Origin: Lingula anatina
Taxonomy: Eukaryota > Animalia > Brachiopoda
NCBI GenBank assembly: GCA_051362555.1
Contig: CM120642.1
Span: 1,612,001 to 1,676,000, forward strand
Direction: 5' to 3'
Length of the DNA: 64,000 nucleotides
Part shown: one piece after another, positions 11,656-22,983 of the stretch
Layout of the letters: each line of letters begins with the position of its first letter
How positions within the stretch are numbered: position 1 is the first letter of the stretch
Program-made: the position numbers and the translations under genes
The notes under the pieces: generated by a model
The model's input: only the letters and a program-made list of their open reading frames with translations
Database searches by the model: none
Told to the model about the DNA's origin: nothing

Positions 11656-14600
11656 TCTCATTATGATAAATATTTGAAAAAGGGGAAAATGTCCATGCAG
11701 TCTGTAGAATTTTAATTAAAATATTTCATGAAGAATTGTTTTCTTTTTCAGGTGCTTTTTTCATCCCCTACCTGATCATGTTGTTATTCTGTGGGTTTCC
11801 ATTGTTCTATCTGGAGATTTCTCTGGGACAGTTTGCCAGCCTGGGCCCTCTTTCAGTGTGGAAGGTTTCACCTTTATTTAAAGGTAAATTGAGATTGAGC
11901 AACTCTTAAAGTTATTTGTATGCTTTATGTTTTGAGGTGATGTGAAGTAAAGTTTAGCATATGTTAAAGATGGTTAAAAATGAAATCAGAGACAAGGCTT
12001 CGTATACATAATCTGTAGCTTTGTGGAAAATGTCTTAAATTATGTTAACTTTTTTACCAGTTCAGTGTCTGTATATTTGTAAGCTTTACTGTCTAGTTTC
12101 ATTTATTGTTATCATAGGTGTTGGTTATGGCATAGTCACTGTGTCCTTGATGGTTAGTATCTATTACAACATGATCATAGGATGGAGCATCTTCTACCTG
12201 TTTGCCTCCATGCAGGACCCGGTACCTTGGAGCACCTGTGATAACTGGTGGAACACTCCGGGTAGGGTGCTCAGTTTTTTTGTGGTGCAACATTTTCTAA
12301 TATTTATTAGAAAAAAATTTAATTTTGTTAAATAAAAGATTTAAAATCAAATTACCTTGTCAATATGCAGAATTGTTTGGCTTTGTTGATGCTGTAAAAG
12401 CCTTCTCCAGGGAATGCTATGGATGATAGCCAAAATCAAAAATTTTGTGCATTTTCCTGCCAGCTTTATATTTTATGACCAAAGATAAAAGATGAGGAAA
12501 AAAGAATTTTTGAAAATTGAAAATAAAAATCTATATGATTCATTAATATGATTTGAACAATTTCTTTCCAGCCTGTACAATGGATGGAAGACAGTATCAG
12601 AATGCAAGCAACAATTCCACAATTATATTAAATTCTGTTATGGGTAATATTAGTTTAAATGACAGCGCTGATGTCGGTGACATCATAGTGTCATTGGACC
12701 CTTATGAGAATGTGACACAGAATTTGACATATGTAGGAAGGCTGAAGTCATCAAGTGAAGAGTACTTTTAGTGAGTATTCATGCAGAACACAAATTATGA
12801 GAGCAAGCTAAAGGCTTACGTCTGTTAATATATAAATATTAAAAAAAATCTTTAACATTTTTCTTTAAAAAACATTAGAGAAAGTCGTCTTAATTTGTCT
12901 GGAAATCCAGATATTTGGGTGTTTTATTAATGCTATTAATAATTGTGTATTTGTTGATTTCAGTAACTATGTCCTGGGAATAACTGATGATATCAGTGAT
13001 TTTGGAGGTATGCAGTGGTACAATGTTGGCTGCCTGTGCCTTGCATGGCTCTTGGTTTTCTTAGCACTGAGGAAGGGGATAAAAACTTCTGGAAAGGTGA
13101 GCTCTGTAATTCTTCTTCTTTTTCTTTTTTTTTTTTTTTGATAATTTACCTCAAAGTTTGTCCAAGACAAATGAATCACAAGCACGGTTAAAATTTTACT
13201 TTTGCCATGGATCATTTGGCTAACTTTTTATAGATTTTAAATTAGTAAAATTTTGTGTAAATATTATAAATTATGAATAATTAACAAAAAATACTTGACA
13301 CCAAAATAAATAAAATGCATGGTTTAACAACAATCTATTGCTATATTAACTATATCTCTCTATTTCTATCCAGGTTGTCTACTTTACTGCCATATTTCCC
13401 TATGTGGTGCTGGTGATTCTGCTTATTCGTGGAGTGTCTTTGGATGGAGCAGTAGAGGGCATCAAGTTTTTTCTCATTCCAAAGTGGGAACGTCTGAGAC
13501 AGGCAAAGGTAAGCCAAAATGGAGGTACAGCCCCTTCATAACTACAGAACACCCAGTACTTTGTCTCAACAGTTGGGTCAATTTTCAACCATGGGGGTAA
13601 AAAGTGTCCATTTTTTTTTAAAAGAACCAAGTGCCCCCTTTGAAATTTTACAGGCTTTAGAATAACTTCTTCAGAATTTGACAAGTGACAATTAAATTCT
13701 CATCAACAAAAGGTATTGATCATAATTAATTATAATCAAAATAAAGTTTTAAATGAATGCTTTGCTTGGAATATAAAAACCATGAAAACAGTTATTGCCT
13801 TTTCTTTTCTTAAGGTGTGGAATGATGCTGCCATCCAAGTTTTCTACTCCCTGGGGTCTTGCTTTGGTACCCTGATAACACTGGCAAGCTACAACAAGTT
13901 CCACAACAACTGCTACAAGTGAGTATATGCATGACTGACTTCAAGGAAAATGTACTGTAATTTAATCAGGCCTTATAGTCAGTTTAAATTAACTATGAGA
14001 ACTGGCTAATCTTGACTGACTAATTTCGACTGAAATTGCATACATGAATTTTGTAACTGTGTTAGTTGTGATTGTATTATTTCAGAGATGCAGTCATAGT
14101 GTGTATGGGGAATACCCTGACCAGTGTGTTAGTTGTGATTGTATTATTTCAGAGATGCAGTCATAGTGTGTATGGGGAATACCCTGACCAGTGTGTTAGT
14201 TGTGATTGTATTATTTCAGAGATGCAGTCATAGTGTGTGTGGGGAATACCCTGACCAGTGTGTTAGTTGTGATTGTATTATTTCAGAGATGCAGTCATAG
14301 TGTGTGTGGGGAATACCCTGACCAGTGTGTTTGTTTGTGATTGTATTATTTCAGAGATGCAGTCATAGTGTGTATGGGGAATACCCTGACCAGTGTGTTT
14401 GTTTGTGATTGTATTATTTCAGAGATGCAGTCATAGTGTGTGTGGGGAATACCCTGACCAGTGTGTTGGGAGGGGTTGTGATCTTCTCTATATTGGGCTA
14501 CATGGCACATGTGTCAGGGACCACAGTGGACAAAGTGGCACAGGAAGGTGAGTTAGAATATGTGAAACCCAATCACATGGTGTTAATGAACAGACACAAT

Positions 14601-17551
14601 ACAAGCTCAGTGGCAAGGAAAAGTTTTCCAAAAAATTAATCAGTAATATTCAAGTTACATTTTTCTTATTGACATTAATCATTTATCACTGCATGATATG
14701 TAAACAGCCCTATATCCCCTTATAATAAAGCATGTACACATGAAGATGAATATGCATCATGTAACATGGATCAAGTACATGAATAGTTCATACTAGTGCA
14801 TCATTTGAATTGCATCAATTCAATAATGTAACAATAATTATTTCCTCCTGCATGTTAGCTATTTGAATGCATTTAAAATCTAATCCTTGCCAGTGCATGT
14901 ACATCTCCTGTATACTCCCCATTGTAGGGTCCGGCCTGGCTTTTGTAGTGTACCCAGAGGTAGTAGCCAAGTTCCCTGTCTCTCCACTCTGGGCAATACT
15001 GTTCTTTATCATGCTGCTCACACTGGGGCTGGACTCCCAGTTTGGGATGATTGAGACCCTTGTTACTGCTATTCTAGGTAAGTTCCCTCTCCCCTTTGCA
15101 TTAGTGTAATTCTCAGTCTGTTAATATGTTTAAAACAGAAGTTGCATGACATTTTCTTTTGCCGTGTAGTTATGATATGCAGGCATGATTTATCTCCAAT
15201 ATTTAAAATGTAGTAATTGACATGATTCTGGATATATTTAAGGGATAAAATTTTCACAAATTTAAAATATACATAGCATGAAGTTTTCTGATGCTTTGCT
15301 AATCGTGTATGTATATTCCATTTATCTTTAAGAGGTAATATATGTAGTAACTGGCAAGGTTTTGGACATATAGCAGATAAGAATGTATTTTTCTTTGTGT
15401 TCCAGAGGAATATCCAAAACAATGCCACAAAAGAAAGACATGGGTTATACTTGGAGTGTGTATTGTGATGTTTATTTTGGGATTACCATTATGTACCAAG
15501 GTAGAGTACCTTGGTCTAGATAAGTTATAAAATGGATGTATTCTTCTAGAAAATATGGATAGAAGATGACAAAATACAATACAATAAAATAAATACAATT
15601 TAAGGGTTTTACTTATTGTATTGTATTGCATTGCTTTATATTATATTATATTATATTATATTATATTATATTATATTATATTATATTATATTATATTATA
15701 TTATATTATATTATATTATATTATATTATATTATATTATATTATATTAGGGAGGGATGTATTGGCTTCACCTGATGGATCTGAATGCAGCAGGCTGGTCA
15801 GTCCTCATTCTGGGCCTGTTTGAGTGTCTGGTCATAGGCTGGGTGTATGGCTACAATAGGTTTGCTGATAACATACAGATGATGATAGGGAAGAAACCGT
15901 CCCTGTACTGGAGGGCACTCTGGCAGTTTGTGACTCCAGTGATTATTTTGGTAAATTGGTTGTTTTTCTAATCTTTATTTATTTATTCTTCTTGTCATTG
16001 GCAATGTTCAAAGTTTTGCAGAACTTCCTTATTTGAGAGGGGAAAGTTATTTGACTACCAAAGCCCAATAAACCTGTGCCTTTTTTAAAACATTGTTACT
16101 TGTAATAGTGTGAGAATTTTGACAAAAGTTCCAATCTAAAATAGCCGCTGCAGGGAAAAAACACTGAAAATGTCTATATTTTTGTGCATTTTTTCCTTTG
16201 CAATTGAAAATAACCATAACTTATAGCCACTGTTAATTCTGCCTTGACTAGTTTATTCTGATAGTTTGTCCTGTCTAGTTTATTTTGTTTATATTGTCCA
16301 GTTTATTCTGGTGTTCTCCTGGGTGGACTACAGTCCAGCTTACTATGACCAGTATGAGTACCCATTCTGGGCCAATCTCCTGGGTGGGGCCATGACCTGT
16401 CTGCCTCTGGTACCTTTACCTATCTGGATGCTTTATGCCATCTCCAAAACTGATGGACCAATAAAGAGAGTAAGTAGACATTTAGGATGTGTCTTTTGTT
16501 TGTCAAAGTGAGGGAGTCTTGTGTTTTGTCAAGTGAGAACCTGCAAATAATTTTTAAGGTACAAAATGTGTTTATTTATGTAAAATAGATGAGATAATTG
16601 GCAAGAAGAAGTTTGCAGTTTGTTATGTTTAAAACAGGAGTATTTTTTCTGATGGCAACTACTGTAGACATAATGAACTGTTTATAAATATTTTGTCAAG
16701 CTATTAAACTAATTCTACTGGATGACACAAAAAAAGATCACTCAGATTTTTTGAAGCTTTCATAAGTTATGTACTTTACCATTGTCGACGTTGATTCATT
16801 GTTTCAGCGTATCCAGCTGCTAACTCAGCCTGCTGCTGACTGGGGCCCAGGACCCAGTATAGATGAAGACATAGTGGCCTTTCTGTCCCCCAACACCCCC
16901 TATTACCTCCAGCAGTCCACCTCCACCCTGACCTTCCAGAGACACCTGTCTGGGGGGATAGACAACAAGGGCTTTGAGCCTTCACTGGATTTTGATCTGG
17001 ACTCAGAAATTACATCTACTAGCACCGTGAAGTTGGATAAGACCCTCTCCGCTTTGGATGTGAAGTCGCTTGCTAGTCAAGTCCGGGTAAGTTCACTTTG
17101 TTACCTGCCTGTTTGCCACTGTTTTCCATGTAAGCACAATGTTTAATGAGGGATGTAACGTGCTCCCAATAGTTATTTTGTAGGTTATTGTCTGTTGGAT
17201 TAATTATTACCTATAGTGCCCTGTAATGATTATAGGGAATATTCTAAGGCCGCAAATCTTGCAGGAGAATTTAAATCCTTGCAGAATTTTGATTGGATGT
17301 GTAGTTTGTCAGTAAAATTGTTGCACGAAGGAGTCTTGAGATTTTACTATCAAGTTAACAGTTTAAACAGGAAGACAGATACTCATCCTTCCAGATAAGA
17401 AATGAATTGTGCTAGGTGTAACATAGCCACTAAGAAGAAATCACTAGAATGTGTTGGGATGAGACTTGTGTGCCCTCTGTGTATTTTCATTAACCTGCTT
17501 CTTATATATCCATTACTGCAGACAAGTGTCTATATCACTACCATCTGCTGA
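6593..17551 (+). CDS. SLC6 gene A: Na+/Cl- dependent amino-acid transporter (PROT/GlyT branch), about 770 aa, 15 coding exons
   Basis: Exons 6593-6817, 11182-11374, 11752-11883, 12118-12261, 12572-12770, 12964-13096, 13374-13508, 13815-13918, 14423-14547, 14928-15077, 15406-15500, 15750-15950, 16302-16469, 16808-17086, 17522-17551. All introns GT-AG, phases consistent, total 2313 nt. Motifs [53 protein letters not shown]. First and last exons are less certain. Confidence 0.93.
6676..6817 (+). repeat. In-frame coding tandem duplication, 66 and 69 bp units
   Basis: SQISQL(E)[16 protein letters not shown] occurs twice; cagtcag recurs at 6676, 6742 and 6811. Confidence 0.92.
8779..8926. mobile_element. 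148-bp MITE, PIF/Harbinger-like
   Basis: TIR ggctctgtttctcgaaag / ctttcgagatacggagcc (16 of 18 match); 3-bp CTG duplication at 8776-8778 and 8927-8929; CpG-rich compared with flanks. Confidence 0.8.
11182..11374 (+). CDS. Gene A exon, TM1
   Basis: [37 protein letters not shown]; tttag| and |gtgagg. Confidence 0.95.
11752..11883 (+). CDS. Gene A exon, TM2
   Basis: [44 protein letters not shown]; canonical splice sites. Confidence 0.95.
12118..12261 (+). CDS. Gene A exon, TM3 and start of EL2
   Basis: GVGYG...[18 protein letters not shown]...[11 protein letters not shown]. Confidence 0.95.
12572..12770 (+). CDS. Gene A exon, EL2
   Basis: CTMDG...SSSEEYF; ends TA|gtgagt, which splices to T to give Tyr. 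Confidence 0.92.
12964..13096 (+). CDS. Gene A exon, TM4
   Basis: [18 protein letters not shown]...[22 protein letters not shown]. Confidence 0.95.
13374..13508 (+). CDS. Gene A exon, TM5
   Basis: [41 protein letters not shown]. Confidence 0.95.
13815..13918 (+). CDS. Gene A exon, TM6
   Basis: [34 protein letters not shown]. Confidence 0.95.
14058..14467 (+). repeat. Tandem array of splice acceptor plus first 45 nt of the TM7 exon, 6 copies of 67/68 bp
   Basis: tttcag|agatgcagtc exon starts at 14086, 14153, 14220, 14287, 14355 and 14423. Confidence 0.97.
14423..14547 (+). CDS. Gene A exon, TM7
   Basis: [29 protein letters not shown]...VAQE; 125 nt, same length as in gene B. Confidence 0.92.
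14928..15077 (+). CDS. Gene A exon, EL4 and TM8
   Basis: [50 protein letters not shown]. Confidence 0.95.
15406..15500 (+). CDS. Gene A exon, TM9
   Basis: [32 protein letters not shown]; ttccag| and |gtagag. Confidence 0.9.
15636..15747. repeat. (TTATA)22 microsatellite abutting a splice acceptor
   Basis: Perfect pentamer run leading directly into ttag|GGA GGG ATG. Confidence 0.97.
15750..15950 (+). CDS. Gene A exon, TM10-11
   Basis: [10 protein letters not shown]...[33 protein letters not shown]. Confidence 0.94.
16302..16469 (+). CDS. Gene A exon, TM11-12
   Basis: [28 protein letters not shown]...PIW. Confidence 0.94.
16808..17086 (+). CDS. Gene A exon, C-terminal tail
   Basis: [14 protein letters not shown]...; CGG|GTAAGT donor in phase 0 (read-through would stop at 17146). 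Confidence 0.85.
17522..17551 (+). CDS. Gene A candidate terminal coding exon, TSVYITTIC*
   Basis: Pyrimidine-rich tract and ctgcag| acceptor, phase 0; AATAAA at 17761 and 17812. Confidence 0.55.
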   Translation, partial: TSVYITTIC

Positions 17552-18752
17552 TGTCTGATATATTCTTATTACTATCTAGATTTTTATATGAGTTTCTAGC
17601 AAACCTGGTCATTATTCACTTTATTTGATTACTAGTAACGAATTTGTTTGTTTATTATTTTATTTTGAAAGAAAACAAGCTTATTTTTGTGGTTTTATTT
17701 TAAAGACTTTATTTGGAAAAGTAAGAAATGTTGGATAGTCAATTGATACTACAGGTAGCCAATAAACTAACTGATGTTTCTAGAGATATATCTCATGTCA
17801 GTATAGATTGAAATAAATGCCAGCTTGCTGTTCCAACAGGTAACAAAAACACATGGTGCCGTCTGCTTGAAAACTGCCGGCACAAAGCAAATAATTAATG
17901 TTTAGATTTAAAATGCATTATTTAGATAATGTCTACAGTTGTCAGTGCAGTGTGGTAGTATTTTCATAGCCTTGTGGCAAAGTATGTCTATGATATAATC
18001 CTCAGCTGTAGTCATTCTGACAGTCAGTGCACAGTTTTTACGACAGTGACAGAGTACAGCCAATTTTTCAGGTAGGTGGGTATTTAATATCTATAAAAAA
18101 TATTAAATACAGGTAGGGAAACTATGCATAACTCTTCAAGCTGGTTTTTACATGGTTTTTAATATATTGGTTTGCATATATTAAATAGATATACATCACC
18201 AGCATGAATTGAGGAATATAAGAGTCCTGATTTTCCCAGGTTTATGATTAGATGAAGTATTATTTTGCAGAACTTGCTAGATAATTACATAGGCTTGGAT
18301 ATGAAACTATCAAGGAAATGAGGGCTTCATCTCTTTCATTTATTATTTATGTAAGTGAAAAATTTCCATTTTATCATTTTTAACACGCTATCACCTGGTC
18401 ATGTGTCTACAGGTGTATTTATGCTTGATTTGAAATGATCAAGGTCTTGAATGAGGTGGAAAAGTTATTGCTTGCAAACAAATGATTGAAAGATTCGCGT
18501 AACAGTGGACTTTAATGAATAGCCCTGGTATGCAGCTTAACAAATGGCATACATAAGCAGAAATTCAAACGTGCACTTTATGGTACGTGCCTTACCGTTC
18601 CTTAATATTGAAGAAGAGAGAAGAAGGGAGCGAACAGAACTTTGCTCTTGATTGAACAGCACTTTGCTCTTAAGTCCTTGGTTGATATTTATACTGCACC
18701 GTGTGGTTGTGCCTGTTTGTTTGCTACAGGAAAGGCCCTGTGAAGTGTCACA

Positions 18753-18830
18753 ATGGAGGGTCGGGGGGAGGTGGCTCACAGCCCCAGGACTCAGAGATTC
18801 ATACACTCAATACTGGAGACTGTACTCTGT
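18753..18830 (+). CDS. Candidate alternative first coding exon V1 of gene B (MEGRGEVAHSPRTQRFIHSILETVLC)
   Basis: acaATGg, 26 codons, |GTAAGT in phase 0; acceptor ctacag|18730, possible upstream donor at 18071. Confidence 0.6.
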
Positions 18831-18938
18831 GTAAGTACTGGTGGATTGTGTGGATGTGTTGTGGTGGCATGGTGTGTATTGGATGCACTTTTGCAAGAGA
18901 AATTTGGAAGTGTTATATTTGGATAAGAACTATCCATT

Positions 18939-18984
<46 letters not shown>

Positions 18985-20433
18985 GCATTAGTCTAGTTGG
19001 ATTGCATTCCCTGAATTAACGAAAAATCCAATCTCACATACTACACACATCTAGGACTTGGACATGATTTGATTTTCTCTTTGATGTATATTTTCAGACA
19101 TTTATGTATTTCGTGAAGAATGGGAACTTGTCTCTTGGGTTTATAATACGTCATACCAAGGTTATCTCTCTTTCCAGCTTATATTTTAGGTGTGCACTGT
19201 GGCCAATTTGATGAAAGGGTATCCTAAAACCACCTGCCTCTTCAACATTTTCTTACATTTTTTTTCTGTAGTTGGTCTCTAAAACACACAAAGAAAAAAA
19301 AACTGATGTTCTTCAGATAGATTTAAAAAATAATGCATAGAATGTCATTTTGCCAAAAGCACTGGTTTATTCCTAATAGAATATTTAATATGATTTATGA
19401 TTATCTTCGTTCCCATTCTAGTTCAGAAAGACATTTACCAGATAAAAGGAAAAGCTAAAAATAAATACATTATTACATTTTATGATATTGAGAGAGGAGA
19501 TGGATTAAAGCATGGAGGTGATAATGAGATTGGACATTGATTAAAGTGGTGTTGTAGAAAAGACCAGTTGTAGGTATTTGTGGATCGTTTTAGCAAGGAA
19601 TCGCTGTGATCAATCAGCATTAAGTGGACTGCAAGTTAATAGGAACTGGGTGTGCCAAAAGTATGTGTATTTTGTCAGATTTAGCTAGAGTAAAAAAAAA
19701 AAAAAAACATCTGATTGTAGTAAAATGCACTCACCTCTATACTTCTGATACTTAATATAAATGATAAGAAGTCCTTGAAAAATCAGCAATGCTATGAAAT
19801 GGAAGAAATTGCAAGCAGATAGTAATAATTGAACAGATGGAGACGTCAATAAATGATATTTGATTTATCTGAGTGCTTTGAAGTATAGATACTAGGTCCT
19901 TTGAGTGTATTTCTCCTTTTATTAAAAACCACAGAAATCACAAGAAATTATCTTCCTAGTAATAGATAAAAAGCATTATGGATATGGGGTTAGGGGGTGC
20001 ATTGAGTACTTTGTTATCTTGAGAAAACTCAAAAGAGAAATATGTAGGACTATAGCCAGCAAGGGGTGATCTGGTATTTGCTTTACCTTTGTTGGCCAAA
20101 CTTTAAGAGAATTGTCATAAAACCTAGATTAAGTTTTGATTCAGAGCAGACCTTTTTCTGACCAAGAGGACAGGCCTTTCTAACCCTCCAATACCTCCCC
20201 ACCTCTACCCCCTGCCTACAGGCTTGGTACATTATTTTAAAAATCGTTTAAATTTTACTGTCACATTTATCTGGGAATGTCACTTGTATCACATGTGTAT
20301 ACTTGAAGTACGTCAAGGACTGTTAGGAAGAAAAACAGATCGATCATTTCTTACAGATTGGTTCATATCTGATCAGTTTCCAAGAACCAGATCATAAACA
20401 TGCCTTAAGCAAAGGTCAAGCAATATGATGCTC

Positions 20434-20750
20434 AAAATAGACAATTTGTTACTGATTGTGTAAAAAGTCTCATAATGAAAGTTAATGAAAATAAACAATT
20501 TGTTGCTTGTTATGTAAAAAGTCTCATAATGAAAGGTACTGAAAATAGACAATTTGTTACTTATTATGTAAATAGTCTCATAATGAAGATGTTGAAAATA
20601 GACAATTAGTTACTTTGATATAAAAAAGGCTCATAATGAAAAATACTGAAAATAGACAATTTGTTACTTATTATGTAAAAATTCTCACAATGAAGATTTT
20701 GAAAATGGACAATCAGTTACTTTGATATAAAAGGTGGCATAATGAAAACA
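20434..20750. repeat. Degenerate 53-54 bp tandem repeat, about 6 copies, last four alternating A/B
   Basis: gaaaatagacaatt..ttact...ctcataatgaa recurs near 20434, 20487, 20541, 20594, 20648 and 20701. Confidence 0.85.
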
Positions 20751-20992
20751 ACTGGTAAATCAAGAGGGTATCCAGTAGAAAGTGTTGTGAGCAGTATTGA
20801 TCAGTTCACGTTGACTCATACACTGCTGTGAATTGGAACTATTTCTGTGAAACAGCCAGAGTTCATTTAACTGTCTAGTGTTTTAGCCGGACTAAGGTAT
20901 TGTTCTTACTCACTGTTAGAGAAAGTTGAGGGAGACGGACGCTCCCTGTCTTATGCTGCAGAACTGTCACAGCACATGTTGTAACCATTATA

Positions 20993-21031
20993 ATGAGGAT
21001 ACATTTTGATGAGTTTATTCGCTTAGCCTGG
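20993..21031 (+). CDS. Candidate alternative first coding exon V2 of gene B (MRIHFDEFIRLAW)
   Basis: ataATG, 13 codons, TGG|GTAAGT in phase 0. Confidence 0.5.
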
Positions 21032-22047
21032 GTAAGTAAAGCCTTACGTCACATTATGTCAGTATGTGAGATATAAGAATATATGAAGTACAGTACACAT
21101 GTATGAGCAGTGTGGCAATGTCCAGGTATGACCGGCCTTCAAAGACTGAATTCATGATGGGGGAGGGGTAAAGTAGGCACTTACAGACTTTTTTTAATGT
21201 GTTAATATATATCAAATTTTAAAATAGTAGGAGGGTGTGTGGTAATTCATATTTTCCTTTACAGTAAGGACTTGCGATGCAAATGCAGTCCAGACATATT
21301 CAGTTTTTATGTTAATTTCTGTCTCTGAAAACGGACTGCATTGAGGCAAATTACTGAACAAATATCTGAGTATAAGCTTCATGATAAAAAAACTTTATTT
21401 GCATTTTTCTTCCAGAGACATTTTTGTATTGACAAGCATATGTTGTCGTTTTATCATGACTCACCATACACTATGTTTGAGATTATTCAGTGTATTAGTG
21501 CTGTGGTCTGTTGAAGGAAACCACTTGACTGACTGTAAATCAATTTTCTTTTTTTTAATTTTTACTTCAGAGTCCCATTTTCCCCCCTTTTTCTTCAACC
21601 AGGGAGGTATTAAGCCCTTTTTCATTCAGTTTTAATCCCTCCAATATGTTTGCATGGTATTTAATAACCTTTGGTCTAAAAATATTTTCTAGTTTTTTTA
21701 TTGTTTGAACTTCAGTATTTAAATAGTATTCAGGGAACTTTTGTTTGCATAACATTTCTTTTACTGTCATTTTCTTTTTCAGTGATATGCCATTGTTAAT
21801 TTCTGTCAAAACATCAATTTGTGAGATGTCATCATACTCCTATTTTATTTATAAATCATTTATTTTTTATTTTGGCATAATCATAACACACAAAGAGTCA
21901 TTTAGTTCTTTCACAGCTCTGATATTCTGAGACCAAAATTAATACTGTTGTCAGTAAATATTAGATGCACATTGGTTAAAGAGTTATAAGTACTAGACAC
22001 ATATAAAGAAAGGCTAAATAGTTTGTGTCATTAATTTAATAGTTGAC

Positions 22048-22192
22048 CAGAGTTGCCAACTATGCAAATTCTACGTATTAGTTACGATAGACCCCTGTTG
22101 TTCACAGGTGTTATTCTGTTGTTGAGGGAATGTTGGACAATATATGTGTGTAACTAGACACATTTGAGTAAACTGTCATGTTGGCCACTATG
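22048..22192. mobile_element. Second copy of the cagagttgccaac MITE family
   Basis: Same ends and internal blocks as 2563-2705. Confidence 0.6.
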
Positions 22193-22656
22193 GTTAATTA
22201 CTAGCCTCGTAGAATATTTGTAACGAGTCCCTCCTTTGATGTTTGTTACATCCATCATGATTCTGCCCCTGGTCTACAGTTACTGCAGCTGTAATTATCT
22301 GATGTGAGCTTGGATGGATGGATGGCTAATTGACATGAAGTGGCTCATGTAGTTACATCCTTGCTGTTAGACTTAGCTTACAGCTATGCATAATTACGTA
22401 GGTTTTTTAATTGGGAAAAGACATAATTAACTGGTAAGGTAATGTTAAAACAGTGTTGAAATGTTGAAGACCTAGGGGATGATGGCAAAGAAGAAGGTTA
22501 GTGTGATACATTTTGTAGACTGACATGGCATTTTCAACTGTGTGAATTTTTTTATAAGGAACCAGTTTGAAAGACTGCATTTCTTAGGCTCTGATGTTCC
22601 CTACCAGTGTCCTCAGTTTGCATATGTGGGTGCTTGTGTGTGTCAGTGGTGTATGG

Positions 22657-22983
22657 TAGGGTTGCATACCAGTACTCTGTAGGTATTCTGTACCGGTACA
22701 GTACCGTAAAAATGGATTAGTCCAAAATACCGGATCATGAAGTACCGGTACTGTGCCGATATAAATTTACACCGAGTATGTGCTTATTTTGTGAGCATGC
22801 CCCAGACCCCCTCTCCCCCTCCCCCAGGAAGCATGCGGCTGCGCCGCTTGGGATCAGGCCTTCGGTCCTCCATGGGACCACTGAACACTGGTTCAGGTAC
22901 AGATACACATCCGGACCTGTACCTAAACCTCTGTACTGGTACCTGTATCTGTACCTGATGTTATGTTTAGGTACACAGCCCTA
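22657..22983. mobile_element. 327-bp non-autonomous hAT-type element
   Basis: Ends tagggttgcatacc / ggtacacagcccta; perfect 8-bp duplication GTGTATGG at 22649-22656 and 22984-22991; subterminal taccgg/gtacc repeats. Confidence 0.88.

Noticed and set aside
12769-12771. Apparent in-frame TAG after EEYF suggesting gene A is a pseudogene
   Set aside because: The G is the first base of the GTGAGT donor; TA plus T from exon 12964 gives Tyr.
14058-14467. CRISPR-like appearance of the regular arrays (also 26277-26590 and 51640-52270)
   Set aside because: Units are head-to-tail with no unique spacers, there are no cas genes, and the context is eukaryotic introns.
18730-18834. Exon 18730 read as an alternative last exon of gene A (ERPC...YSV*)
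   Set aside because: It is phase-compatible, but it lies after gene A's AATAAA signals, and the ATG frame ending at GTAAGT explains it better. Not fully excluded.
3800-18984. Three (CT)n tracts of similar length, each with one C-to-A interruption (3800, 11617, 18942)
   Set aside because: The interruption falls at different offsets and flanks are unrelated; ordinary microsatellite mutation or consensus error is sufficient.
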